Shown one piece after another: positions 1-10,988 of a stretch of 64,000 bases of DNA. The translations under genes were made by a program, and so were the position numbers. The stretch lies in the NCBI GenBank assembly GCA_012295275.1, contig CM022677.1, positions 14,136,001 to 14,200,000 of the forward strand. Direction: 5' to 3'. Source of the stretch: Chrysomallon squamiferum (taxonomy: Eukaryota > Animalia > Mollusca). The first letter of the stretch is position 1; the number at the start of each line of letters is the position of its first letter. The notes beneath the pieces were generated by a model. It made no database searches. It was not told the DNA's origin and saw nothing but the letters and a program-made list of their open reading frames with translations.

Positions 1-157
1 CTGTTTAGTGCCTTTAATCAAACATTATTTCATTTACCTAGTATTTCCTACAGGACTTTATTTAATTTAATTCATAACCGTGGAGTCACTATTTCCATGA
101 CAGACATTTTTTTTATTTTTTTATCTATTAATCCTGGAAGCTTTAAGAGTATATTTT

Positions 158-159
<2 letters not shown>

Positions 160-203
<44 letters not shown>
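160..203. repeat. (CA)n microsatellite
   Basis: Uninterrupted CA dinucleotide run. Confidence 0.95.
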
Positions 204-206
<3 letters not shown>

Positions 207-1930
207 ATTCCATTATTCTGACAGGCTGATTAGAATAATACATCAATATAATCTATGATATAAACTGCAGGACTATCTGCAAGAACAAATAAAAAATAAT
301 CTTGCTCTGTTTTATTTCTCTTGATTTTTTTTTTTTTTTTTTATAATTGCCTCTATTTATTTATTTTTTTTTTTTTTTATTATTATTATTATTTTTTGTT
401 TTTGTAACAATATTTGTAACCAGAGTTTTTTTTTTTTTTAAAAGATATTATATTGCTTTTTATGTTCACTAGCTTTGTCTATATATTTTGCTTAAGAAAT
501 ATTTATTAGTTTAGCAGGGTATAGTAATTGTATACTTTTTTCTATTTATCAGGTGAAACTGGGTACAGAGGACATTGTCTAAACCAGACGTATGTATATG
601 TAAAAACAAAACAAACATATAATATAATACATCGAGTTACCGAAAATAGCACAATGTACCAAAACCAAGTTTTATTTAGTGCTGGAAAAAGTTTTATTTT
701 TTTTATTTTTTTTTTGTTTTACTTAATAAATATTTTGCTTAATTCTCTATCAAGATTATATATATTTATATATGTAACAGTGATTTAGAAAAATCATTAA
801 AATCCTCCATAATGCATAAGAATTGTTGTATAATTGTTTAATAATAAAAAATTATAATTATTTGAAAGAGATTATACTTTTAGTTTAGATTATAGTTAAT
901 TTTTCTGTATATTTATTTTTAATATGCTTTTTCTTTCAGTTGTTGTGTGTGAGTTCATGTGTATGTGTGTTTGTGTTTGTTTGCAGGAGTTTATGTGAGG
1001 TGATACAATTTTGGATATTATAAACAGAAATTTGTTTAAATACTAAAAAAAGAAATGAAACTTTTGTACACAAAATAGTTTTTTCTTATAGTATATATAT
1101 ATATTTTTACATAGTTTTTATTGCTAATCCATGACGTGTACAGATTACTATTGGTTTTTTTTGTTTTTTTTTATATCCTTTCTTACGATTAGTTTATGCT
1201 ATAATTAATATTTTTATTCTTTCAGTTAGATTTTGATTCACTTTGTAATTAACAGTGAATTCAGACTTGTAAAATGCTAAATTGTTATAAAGAAAAAGCA
1301 AAATCAGTAGTAGATATTGGCAAATTGTGGAATTAAGGAGAAGAAAAAAATGCACTTTTGATAGCTTGTTTACCTTCTTAAGTAGATACTGTTAAAACTG
1401 ATGAAAATTAAGCACTTGGTACAAATGTGGCTTAATTTGAGAGAAAATGAAGATGTGTGTGTGTGTGTGTGTGAAATGTACATGTATGAGGATAAGTTAT
1501 TGCTGGTGTATATGTCTGTCTAGGTGAATGCGTATACGTGACAAGTTTAAAACATGACTGTGTATATGTTTTTAAGTTTGCATATTACAATAATAGTACA
1601 TATGGGATTGTGTATTTTATGACTATATGTATGAAAGTGGGGTATGTGTATGTTTTTGTTCATGCGCCCGTGTATGAATATTTATGTATAATCTGTCTGG
1701 GAGACTGTTTATGTTTGTAGCCTATCCAGTATATATGCGTGTGTGTGTATGTGTGTGTGTGTGTGTGTGTTTGGTGTCTGTTATATTATGTATGTATGTA
1801 TATATTATTATGCTAAAGGATTTATAAAACTAAATATAACCAAGATTAACAGCTGACATTAAATTACGATTTTTCAGAGAAGTGCTTTGAACGACGGAGT
1901 CATAACGCTGACTGGAGACCGATTAGTACA

Positions 1931-1951
1931 GTGACGTCACACGTGTATAAA
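1931..1951 (+). promoter_or_regulatory. Core promoter cluster: palindromic CRE (TGACGTCA 1932-1939), E-box (CACGTG 1940-1945), TATA box (TATAAA 1946-1951)
   Basis: Sequence GTGACGTCACACGTGTATAAA lies ~80 bp upstream of the ATG at 2032; three consensus motifs abut. Confidence 0.65.
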
Positions 1952-2031
1952 CCAGCTGAGCTACAGCAGCCGGGCCCTGTTGTGTCTTCTTATCTAAGAA
2001 TCATACTAACTAGTTTTGAAACTTTGGAAAA

Positions 2032-3897
2032 ATGTATGTTGTGAAGACCGTTCTACTTTTAGCGTTCTGCAGATTATGTCTGGGCAACATTCACCCATTA
2101 CCAGCCTCCGAGGTTCGAGATAAACACCGAATACATTTTCGATCAAACGCTTTGTCAAAGAAGGTAGTGTTTTTAACAGGCTACGAAATCATTAATTTTT
2201 ACTTCTGTCTGAAGAAAACAAGCACGGTAAAAATCTCCAGTTTACGATACTCTAATGGCAACGATCCTGAAGTCATCACAGCAGTTTTAAACCAGAAGAA
2301 AATGGGATCCATTGTCACCATATCACCAGAAACAGCTGGAAATAACTGGAATGTTTTTCATTCCAGTACCGAGATGAAAGAATCAGTAATTCTGGAAAGA
2401 GGTTGGTATATTTTAAAGCTCCAGGTTCACGGATCTGATGGAGTGGAACTGAACACAGTCAGTCTAGATATTGATGACAGCAGTCTCGCGCAGGACATGC
2501 TGCAGTGTAAACTTCACTGTACGAGTGATCTGCCCCATCTGAACTCTTCGCCTCCAATTAATGTTGACAAAAAAGCTGAACTTAGACAGAAAAGTTACCC
2601 ATCTAAATGTGCGGAAGAGGACAACGTCAAAATACCAGTATACCTCGACAGCGTGAAACAGTACAAACTAATAGCTACTCTACCAGTGTATAAAGCTTTT
2701 GTAAACAGAAGAGAACCAAATAATACTGATTGTGTTGCTTTGTCTCCTCTCTACTGGAGTTTTACCCACCTCTGTTTGAATAAAAGAAGTAATCATTTAG
2801 TTTCAAATTCGGCAACTATGAAAGTGTATCCAGGACATAGTACATCGAAAATAGCCGTAATTGAAATTTCATTCATGTTAAAAGGAAGATCAGAAGGTTA
2901 CATAGATGCTGATATTGGGTCAGTCTTCAGTCTAAAAATCAAACCAGTGACCTCATTTGTAAAATTACAGCTTTCATACAGAGACAGAAACAAACATTTA
3001 ATTGCGCTCAAAGAAACTGGTTTACAACCCGGGAAAACTGACGTCGATTGGCAAATCCCAAACCTTTCTTGGATCGAACACAATGTAAATCTGATCAAAA
3101 TTTCATTATCCGCACAGGATGTATTTTCCATTTGTATGGAAGAAATAAAATTGGAAAGAAAACCTATGAAACCTGTAAAATATTTTCCTATATACACCAG
3201 TAACGAGTTCACTGTTATAGGTGTTGATATAGACTTTTGGTGGAGAAATCCGGAAACCATGAAAGTATATGTAAAAAATACTGACAAGCTTCATAGAAAA
3301 GTAGACTATTTTAAAATAATTCTTCCAGTTCCTTGGTCAGAGGGTTACAGTGAGACACTTGTTATCTATCAAGATGGAAACGTACGTCTGCTGCCCCTCC
3401 CTCCTGCAGGATTAGACTGGATTCCGTTTGGAACATCAGTTGTGGTTGGAACATGTGATGTTGACCTGATCAGACCTGCTGCTCCCATTGATCAAGTGGA
3501 TATCGACGTCGATAAACGAGAGCTGAAGATTCTTTACAGAAATGGAGAAAAAGCAAAGCTGACGTTGATTTCGAAAGTGGACAGAACGGAACTCGTTGTT
3601 TCTGATCTCATGTTTAAACAGTCCAGTAAGGGATTTCCATTTGCCACATTCCGATCAATGTACGTCGACGAGGGCAACACAGACAGCGACAGCATCATGG
3701 TGGACAGCTCCAGCGTGTTCGGCGTCATGGAGAACCTGAATGGTGTACATGGAAAAACGTTTACACTTTTCAGAAGATGCGAATCCAAACATCTGACTCT
3801 CAGTCCGGATATCCATCTGGAAGTATTGCGCACGCGCTACTCAGTATTGTTGTCAGGTAATCAGTCAGTTTTAAATAACATGACAGTTCACATGTAA
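2032..3897 (+). CDS. Intronless 621-aa secreted protein of unknown function; N-terminal CBM6/CBM35-like beta-sandwich, uncharacterised C-terminal domain
   Basis: 1.87-kb uninterrupted ORF in AT-rich DNA; good ATG context (AAAATGT); signal-peptide-like MYVVKTVLLLAFCRLCLG; motifs LRYSNG...GNNWNVF...VILERGWYILKL...SDGVELNTVSL resemble the CBM6/35 pattern; TATA upstream and AATAAA downstream. The CDS call is firm, the domain call tentative. Confidence 0.9.
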   Translation: MYVVKTVLLLAFCRLCLGNIHPLPASEVRDKHRIHFRSNALSKKVVFLTGYEIINFYFCLKKTSTVKISSLRYSNGNDPEVITAVLNQKKMGSIVTISPETAGNNWNVFHSSTEMKESVILERGWYILKLQVHGSDGVELNTVSLDIDDSSLAQDMLQCKLHCTSDLPHLNSSPPINVDKKAELRQKSYPSKCAEEDNVKIPVYLDSVKQYKLIATLPVYKAFVNRREPNNTDCVALSPLYWSFTHLCLNKRSNHLVSNSATMKVYPGHSTSKIAVIEISFMLKGRSEGYIDADIGSVFSLKIKPVTSFVKLQLSYRDRNKHLIALKETGLQPGKTDVDWQIPNLSWIEHNVNLIKISLSAQDVFSICMEEIKLERKPMKPVKYFPIYTSNEFTVIGVDIDFWWRNPETMKVYVKNTDKLHRKVDYFKIILPVPWSEGYSETLVIYQDGNVRLLPLPPAGLDWIPFGTSVVVGTCDVDLIRPAAPIDQVDIDVDKRELKILYRNGEKAKLTLISKVDRTELVVSDLMFKQSSKGFPFATFRSMYVDEGNTDSDSIMVDSSSVFGVMENLNGVHGKTFTLFRRCESKHLTLSPDIHLEVLRTRYSVLLSGNQSVLNNMTVHM

Positions 3898-3982
3898 AAC
3901 CTGTTAGTGCTTATGTTTATAATTATATTAAGTTTCAGATTTCCAGTTCACAGTCTTATGTGTGAAACAGTTTCTTTTCTGA

Positions 3983-3988
3983 AATAAA
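3983..3988 (+). terminator. Polyadenylation signal AATAAA of the 621-aa gene
   Basis: First AATAAA after the stop codon (~85 bp downstream), followed by a T-rich tract. Confidence 0.55.
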
Positions 3989-4411
3989 ACAAGTTTATTT
4001 TTGCATTCAGCTGTCTTAGATTAAGCTTACATTTGGCATTAATTTGGACTAGATATAAGATTTTAGAAAAAGAGATTGCGTTGGGCATCAGCTAAAGTGA
4101 ACATAACAAAAAATAGAAATGATAATAATAATGTTTCCTTACTGAGTAATGATTTACTTTCACAGTGATAACAAGTCTCCTTCATGATTTGTTCACCGTT
4201 GGCAACAAGCTTCAAACATGGATGTTTTGGGATATTTATTCAGAATATCTAAACAAATGAAAACAATTATTAAAATTTGAAAGTTTCCCCAAAATAAAGA
4301 TTCTTGTCTTTATAACACTGTTAAATAACACTAATTACCATAGTCAAGTCATTGATCATTATCAGAATTGCTAAAGCAAGTTCATTTACACTCATAAACA
4401 GCTTTTTTTAT

Positions 4412-5070
4412 GGTATCAGGTCAATTGCCCCCTGGACACTGCCCCTAAAGGACAATTGCCCCCATTTTTCTTCAAATATACCTTTCATAGTTATTTTTAA
4501 GCAACATTCCAATAAATTCGTCAAAGCTACCTAGAGTCAGCTAATTACTAATTGAACTTGATCAGTGGCATTTGGATTACTTTGATCTGCTAAAACGTCT
4601 GCTGAAACATATTATCAAAAATCATCTAACACCAAAGCTAACGAAAGTCAGCTAATTACTAATTCAGGTTAATTAAATGCTAAAGATTCCTTTGATTTGC
4701 CAACTGATCAATAATTAAGACGAATGAGACAGTACATAAGGTCATAGCGTCAGAGTATGGTCATCCAAAACTATGTGTATGTCCGACAGAAGGAACTCAG
4801 TGGTGCAGTGACTTCTTACGAGTGTGAAGGAAGAAGACAACAGGCTTGTAAAGCTAAACTGTACTGTGACTGGTTGCTTCTTTCATCTGACGCCAGTTTA
4901 ACTCATTAGTCTAGCAGTTCGTTACAATACTGATGAAGATTTTGCTTTACTGATCCGTCAGCTGGAATTGCATTCGTTCCAGTGCATGAAGTGACGGCAG
5001 CTTTTGAAGCGCTATCAGAAGCTGATGACCATAACTCTGTATTACAAATACTTGAGGACAACTTCATCTA
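4412..5070 (+). mobile_element. Internally deleted, decayed Mutator-like (MULE) transposon relic
   Basis: From 4724: MRQYIRS*RQSMVIQNYVYVRQKELSGAVTSYECEGRRQQACKAKL (FLYWCH-like), then TVTGCFFHL (MULE CxxH motif, GCFFH at 4872-4886), RYNTDEDFALLIRQL and LAFVPVHEVTAAFEAL...LEDNFI across frameshifts; repeated GACAATTGCCCC-type terminal motifs at 4412-4464. Confidence 0.75.
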
Positions 5071-6119
5071 CCAAGATAGATTAAGATGACTGCCTCCTAT
5101 TGGGAGCTTTCGTTAGCAGTGGCAACTGTATGGTCGGTCATGTGACATTACCACATATGGCAATTGCAGCCTGGAATTTAAAGGGGGGACATAGCAAAGA
5201 CTGCACTTAGGTCTTGGACACTGCTGGACCTTAAACACTTCTACAGAAGGTGGCGACACTGGTGTTGTTTGTTTTCTGTTCTTTTTGTTTTTTTCGTACT
5301 GGCTTCATGTTTTTTTGTTCTCCAACTCTAGAATTTTTATTATGATTTGTTTTATGACTCTGTTTCTCCTCCTTGGAGATGCCACAGTTACCATATTGTA
5401 AATGTTAACATTGCTGTAGCAGAAATTACCTAATATTAAAGCCCTTTGTTTAGACATTCATATATATTACGAATATATATTATACGTACAGCTAGCTAAG
5501 AGATCCGCTTGCTTCCCCTCACCGCCCAGTTACATTCTCACTGGGATTTTAAGTCAATTAGGACTGAACCCGGACATTTAGAAATTAAGTGAAAGACGGC
5601 CAATGGGCTCACGTGACCAGACATAGACAAGATTTGATGTTGACGATTATGCGAGACTACATGGTTGACGTCACGAGATTCCCAACTGAAGAGGGTTACT
5701 AAATTGATCCAAATTGATCCAAGAACATTTACATTTTTTTTCACATGAATATTGGATAATAATAAAAACAAAATAATAACATGTTTATGTAACTAAGATA
5801 TACAGTATATTAAGGCCAGTGTATGTTATAACCATTGGTAAACATTTCTTCAGGTCTACCTGTAGTTGGGATTGTGTAAAATATTATTTTATATTCCAGT
5901 GAATAATAGTTTATAAGTTAATATGGAGCTTTTGGAGAAATAAATAACTAAAAACATGTTCATTTCAGACAATTGCAGTACTTTCCGATTCCAGATGCAT
6001 CTATGAATGATTTTGGAAAAATCACGTTCTTTATAAATAATATGTCATATGGCATAAGCCGTGAATTGTAACCGGAAGTGGGATGAATTTTCTCCGAGAA
6101 CTAAAAATTATATCGATTA

Positions 6120-6280
6120 GCGTTATCTCCCTTTCGTGATATGTGTTCACAAACATAGATTATAGTTATCTCCCTTTAGTGATATGTGTTCACAAACATA
6201 TGTTAGAGTTATGTCCCTTACGTGAGATGTACTCACTAAGCTTTCATAAGCTAATTATCCCTACGGGATAAATGGAACCT
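6120..6280. repeat. Repeat-family fragment with ~43-bp tandem units (GTTATCTCCCTT..GTGATATGTGTTCACAAACA); related copy at 6681-6770
   Basis: Three GTTATC/GTCCCTT-headed units are visible; similar sequence resumes right after the gap; GGAAAAATCACGTTCTTTATA occurs at ~6015 and ~6320. Confidence 0.6.
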
Positions 6281-6357
6281 CCCAAAACGCCGTACCGCCG
6301 AGATTCGATCCACGATACTGGAAAAATCACGTTCTTTATATATAATAAACTCTAAGT

Positions 6358-6480
6358 CAGTGTTTCTCAACCTTTTTTACTCTCGACATACCTACGAGCG
6401 CATGAAACTGTCGCGACACAGTAATAATTTTAATTAATAATCTACAATTCTCCTGTGTGTTGTATCATTTGAAAGCGGAA
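6358..6480 (+). mobile_element. Left end of a hAT (Charlie/Buster-type) element truncated by the gap
   Basis: CAGTGTTTCTCAACC terminus, the same TIR type as the element at 7556. Confidence 0.5.
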
Positions 6481-6680
6481 NNNNNNNNNNNNNNNNNNNN
6501 NNNNNNNNNNNNNNNNNNNNNNNNNNNNNNNNNNNNNNNNNNNNNNNNNNNNNNNNNNNNNNNNNNNNNNNNNNNNNNNNNNNNNNNNNNNNNNNNNNNN
6601 NNNNNNNNNNNNNNNNNNNNNNNNNNNNNNNNNNNNNNNNNNNNNNNNNNNNNNNNNNNNNNNNNNNNNNNNNNNNNNNN
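6481..6680. other. Assembly gap (200 N)
   Basis: Run of N. Confidence 1.
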
Positions 6681-7555
6681 TAGTGATATGTGCTCGCAAC
6701 TTTAGCCTTACGTGAGATGTACTCACTCAGCTTACGTACGCTAATTATCCATATGGGATAAATGGAATCTCGAAAAATAGGGTCGGATAGATAAAATAGG
6801 TGAGGGCGGGAGGGCATGTGTTCAACTCACCTTTTCTGTCCGGGACCCAACCTTATCCTGTCCACTCACCCGTTTTATCCTATCCACCCCCTGCCCTAGT
6901 CACCCACACACCGACTGTCTGTCCTGCATATGGATGGAGCTACTGATAAACACAGGCTGAAGTTTGTACAAGCACTAGGGGCTTTTAAGATTAAACTGGT
7001 AATTAAATATTTAAAAAAGTAATATCGTTTTTGTTTACCGACTGAAAATATAGAAACTTATCTAGTGATCACATATTGCAATTACTGATAGTGACTTCAG
7101 GATCTATCTGATCTATCTATCTATCCGTGAATACACATACATACACATGCACGCATGCACTTACACACTGTCTGATAGAGGTAAGCTGCTGAAAATCGAC
7201 TGAATATTGACGAGTATAAATACAATATATATGAATCCATGATGTGTGTTTACATTGGTGTGTGTTGGTGCACACATTTGCATACAAAAACACACATACA
7301 CAACAAAAACATAAATTAAGCTATGCATTTCTTTATTTACTTTGTATTTGTTTTTTATCCATTTTCCAATCCAGTGCCTTCTGCAAGCATTATTAGAGAT
7401 TTTAAAAATGATTTGTGTAATATGATTTTAAATAATTACATATATTTATCTTGTCAATCAATTTATATTTGTTAAACAGATTACACAAATACTTTGAGGT
7501 GTAAATAATGTTTATCAATATTCTGCCTTATAACATGATTAGTATAACATTAATT

Positions 7556-8473
7556 CAGTGATTCTCAACCAGTGTGCCGCGGCGCACAGGTGTGCCACGA
7601 GATCTTCCTATGTGAGCCGCACAATTTTGAACGGCACATTAAGAAAATGCGAAAAACCACGTGATCCCAAAATAAAACAAACAGTAGAATGCAAGGTAAA
7701 AACGAAAATATTCTCACTTCAGCAGACAAGTTAGTTGCCCTCAAAAAGAAAATAGTGATTTGGGAAGAAAAAAAAGAGCAGTCACTGTCAACCTTTATAT
7801 GTTCCCTCTGTTGCGTTCTACCTGCATTAGAGAAGTGATCCCTATTGTGTTTACTCATCTGACAGCTCTGGACGAAAGCATCAACAATAAATTTCCGTCA
7901 TTAAAGACAGAAAAGTATGATTGGATTAGAGATCCTTTCATAAATCATTCTTCCAACATTGAACTTGAGTTACAGGAAGAAGAAGAATTGGCCGCACTTT
8001 CTAATGACCTTAAAATTAAAACATTCGACTCTGCCCATTGATTCATTTTGGATTTCAATACAAGAGGTGTATCCCATATTATGTAAAAGAGTTTTAGCAA
8101 TTTTATTACAATTTTCAACTCCTTATATATGTGAATTAGGCAACATCAAAAACATGAAGCACGAGATATTACTACAACGAAAGCAAAAATGAGGGCGTGT
8201 CTGTCTCATATTCGACCAAACACTGAGGAAATTATGAAAAAAAGCCAGGCACAAATTTCTCACTAAAGAAGCCAGCTGAATAAATTCGAAATAGTGCAAG
8301 CTGTATAGCTGTGTTTTTCTTTATTTTGAGTTATTCTATGTGTCTATGACTAGTCTGTGTATACGGTTGTATGCCGTCTATGATTTGTCATGTTTTTATT
8401 TTGCAAAATTCAAATATTTTTCATATATATTTAGCCAGGTGTGCCGTTGGCAAAAAGTGATTGAGAACCACTG
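7556..8473 (+). mobile_element. Non-autonomous hAT (Buster/Charlie-type) transposon, 918 bp, carrying a decayed transposase C-terminus
   Basis: TIRs CAGTGATTCTCAA / TTGAGAACCACTG (12/13 match); perfect 8-bp TSD CATTAATT (7548-7555 and 8474-8481) with central TA; internal QGKNENILTSADKL, YDWIRDPF and FWISIQEVYPILCKRVLAILLQFSTPYICELG (hAT dimerisation domain) broken by frameshifts. Confidence 0.93.
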
Positions 8474-8630
8474 CATTAATTCATAGATAATTTTGCATAT
8501 CTGATCAATAACCTGTCTTAAAAATATTTAAGAATATTTAATATTCAAGCGCAATTAAAGAATATTTAATTCATTTTTAATATATTTGTTTTTATATTAA
8601 TTTATTTATTCTTTAATTTCACGCTTATAG

Positions 8631-8783
8631 TTGATGGTGCCTGGTCTGCATGGACACTTCAGAGACTGGGTAGTTGTAGTGAAACATGTGGTAGAGGCAT
8701 TAGAATAAGATTTGAGATACGAACATGCACAGATACGAAGAGGAATCTTCAAGAAGCATGTGAAACAAATGTCTTGTGTCCAG
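8631..8783 (+). CDS. Internal exon encoding a thrombospondin type-1 (TSP1) repeat; host gene not identified
   Basis: Pyrimidine tract + TAG acceptor; CAG|GTAACA donor; 153 bp, symmetric phase 1/1; translates (V)DGAWSAWTLQRLGSCSETCGRGIRIRFEIRTCTDTKRNLQEACETNVLCP with DGxWSxW, CSxTCGxG and terminal C..CP. Confidence 0.8.
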
Positions 8784-9024
8784 GTAACAAGCAATAATTA
8801 TACTTCTCTGCCTACAAAAGTGACAAATGATTCAAATACTATTAAGGATTTCTCTTAAAAAAAAAAAAAAAAAAAACCCATAAAAAGCAAAAAACATTCA
8901 GTTGTTAATGATTTAGTTCAACTTTATGGCTAATGAATTACATTAGGTATATTGATAACCACAACAGTAAAGCATTAAACAGCACATTTCTAAAGTTATA
9001 AAGTATGTTTTATATTCCATTTAT

Positions 9025-9870
9025 ATATCAGTAGTATGGTTGAAATAACAGTGACAGATTAGTAGTAATATCAGTAGTATGGCTGAAATATTAGTAATCT
9101 TAATGACAGATTAGTAGTAATAGCAGTAGTTTGGCTGAAATAACAGTGGCAGATTAGTAGTAATAGCAGTAGTATGGTTGAAACAACAGTGACATTAGTA
9201 GTAATATCAGTGATATATCTGAAGTAGCAGTGACATATTAATAGTAATATCAGTAATATCTCTGAAGTAGCAGTCACAGATTAGTGGTAATATTAGTAGT
9301 ATGGCTGAAGTAACTGATAGATTAGTAATAATAGCAGTGGTATTGTTGAACTAAAAGTGATTAATAGTAATATCAGTAGTATCGCTGAATAACAATGGTA
9401 GATTAGTAACAATAGCAGTAGTATCGCTGAAGTAACAGTGATAGATTAGTAGTAATAGGAGTAATATCGCTGAAGTAACAGTGGCAGATTAGCAGTAATA
9501 TCGATAGTATCAGTGAAGTAACAGTGACATATCAGTAGTATCACTAAAGTAAGTGGTAGATTAGTAGTGATAACAGTAGTATCGCTAAAGTAACACTTGT
9601 AGATTAGTAGTAATATCAGTAGTATCACTGATGTAATACAGGCAGATTAGTAGTAATAACAATAGTATTCACGCAGTAACAGTGACAGATTAGTAGTAAT
9701 ATCAAAAGTATCGATGAAGTAACTGACAGATTAATAGTAATAGAAGTAGTATTGCTGAAGTAACATTGAGAGATTAGTAGTAATGGCAATAGTATCGATA
9801 AAGAAACGGCGGCTGATTAGTAGAAATAGCAGTAAATTAGTGGTAATATCAGTAATAATAACAGTAATTT
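9025..9870. repeat. Degenerate minisatellite, ~43-bp unit (AGATTAGTAGTAATATCAGTAGTATCGCTGAAGTAACAGTGAC)
   Basis: Roughly 18-20 recognisable imperfect units. Confidence 0.9.
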
Positions 9871-10880
9871 CAGTACTGGATACGCACTGCAGGAAAGTAA
9901 GAATCGTAAAATGCAAAAAAGAATAATAAACACCAAGCCTTGAAGGACAACACAGGTACGTCTCCAACGTTAACACTAGTAATAAAGATGTATTAATAAT
10001 ATATTTTAATACAGGATGCGCAAAAATAAGAAATAAGAATAATAGGTGATAAAAAACAAAGAAGAACAATGAGAGGCACTCTAATAACTACGTTAGGAAC
10101 TATGCCGGTACGACGGCAACGACGGCGACATTAATAGAAATTACAATAATACAATTTAATACTCAGAAAGTATGAGTAATGACTAATAAAAAGCGCTAAA
10201 CAATAATGAGAATTACAGCAACAAAGCTAGGAACAAGGACAGCAACTATGGTGATATTAATAGAAATAGTAATAATACATTTTAGTATAGGATTTGAACG
10301 CAAGAAAAGTTGTTTGTAATTTTCATTACAGTTTATTTATCTTGAACCCAGTAGTCTCAGAAAATCAGTGCTGTGTTGGTTAAACAAGTGCAAACTTCAG
10401 CATAAAACCAATGTCTGAAAATATATCCTTTTTCATAGAACAAGATTATTGTAAACACTCGAGTGAAAACAACTGTGATTTCTTCAAGTGAGGATAATGT
10501 AAATTCTTTTAACCCACTTGATCGTTGTCTGTAAATCATAAAACAAAAGACCTGAATTGATATAAGGAACATATTTTTATTAGTTTGCGTACATTTCAAT
10601 ACAAATATTTCCTTTTTCACATTCGCAGTTTTCAAAAGGCACTTTACGTACACATTCGTATTCACAAAATAAATTTAAATAAGATACGTTTACATTTTTA
10701 TACAGACAGACAGATATGGACACACAGACACATGCACAAACGCACCTAATCACTTGCAGAAAATAATGAAACATATTTCATGTTCTGAAGAGTTTACAAA
10801 ATAGAACCGTTAATTAGAAGGTAAGTACGTGGCTACATAGTAGGAAATAAAACGTTTAAGACAAACATATTCAGATATAA

Positions 10881-10988
10881 TTAAATATATTTTGAAACAG
10901 TTAAGTATATTTTGATATGATTAAGTATATTTTGATATGATTAAATATATGTTTATATGTTTAAATAATTTTGATATGATTAAATATA
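10881..10988. repeat. 20-bp tandem repeat (TTAAGTATATTTTGATATGA) x~5
   Basis: Direct inspection. Confidence 0.8.

Noticed and set aside
553-589. 37-bp AG/GT-bounded micro-exon candidate (GETGYRGHCLNQ)
   Set aside because: Too short to assign, not frame-symmetric, and no partner exons identified
2898-3833. Antisense ORFs inside the 621-aa gene (also 43800-44111 and the alternate-frame 44522-44710 in the TRIM-like gene)
   Set aside because: Shadow ORFs of real coding sequence with no motifs
5590-5690. CCAAT, CACGTG and TGACGTCA motifs
   Set aside because: They lie in repeat-like sequence with no adjacent gene start; probably TE-internal
6434-6817. ORFs spanning N runs (also 28089-28386)
   Set aside because: Artefacts of translating gaps
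9025-9870. Minisatellite as a CRISPR array or coding repeat (ORFs 9071-9277, 9446-9628, 9731-10069)
   Set aside because: Contiguous tandem units with no unique spacers; the ORFs are low-complexity by-products
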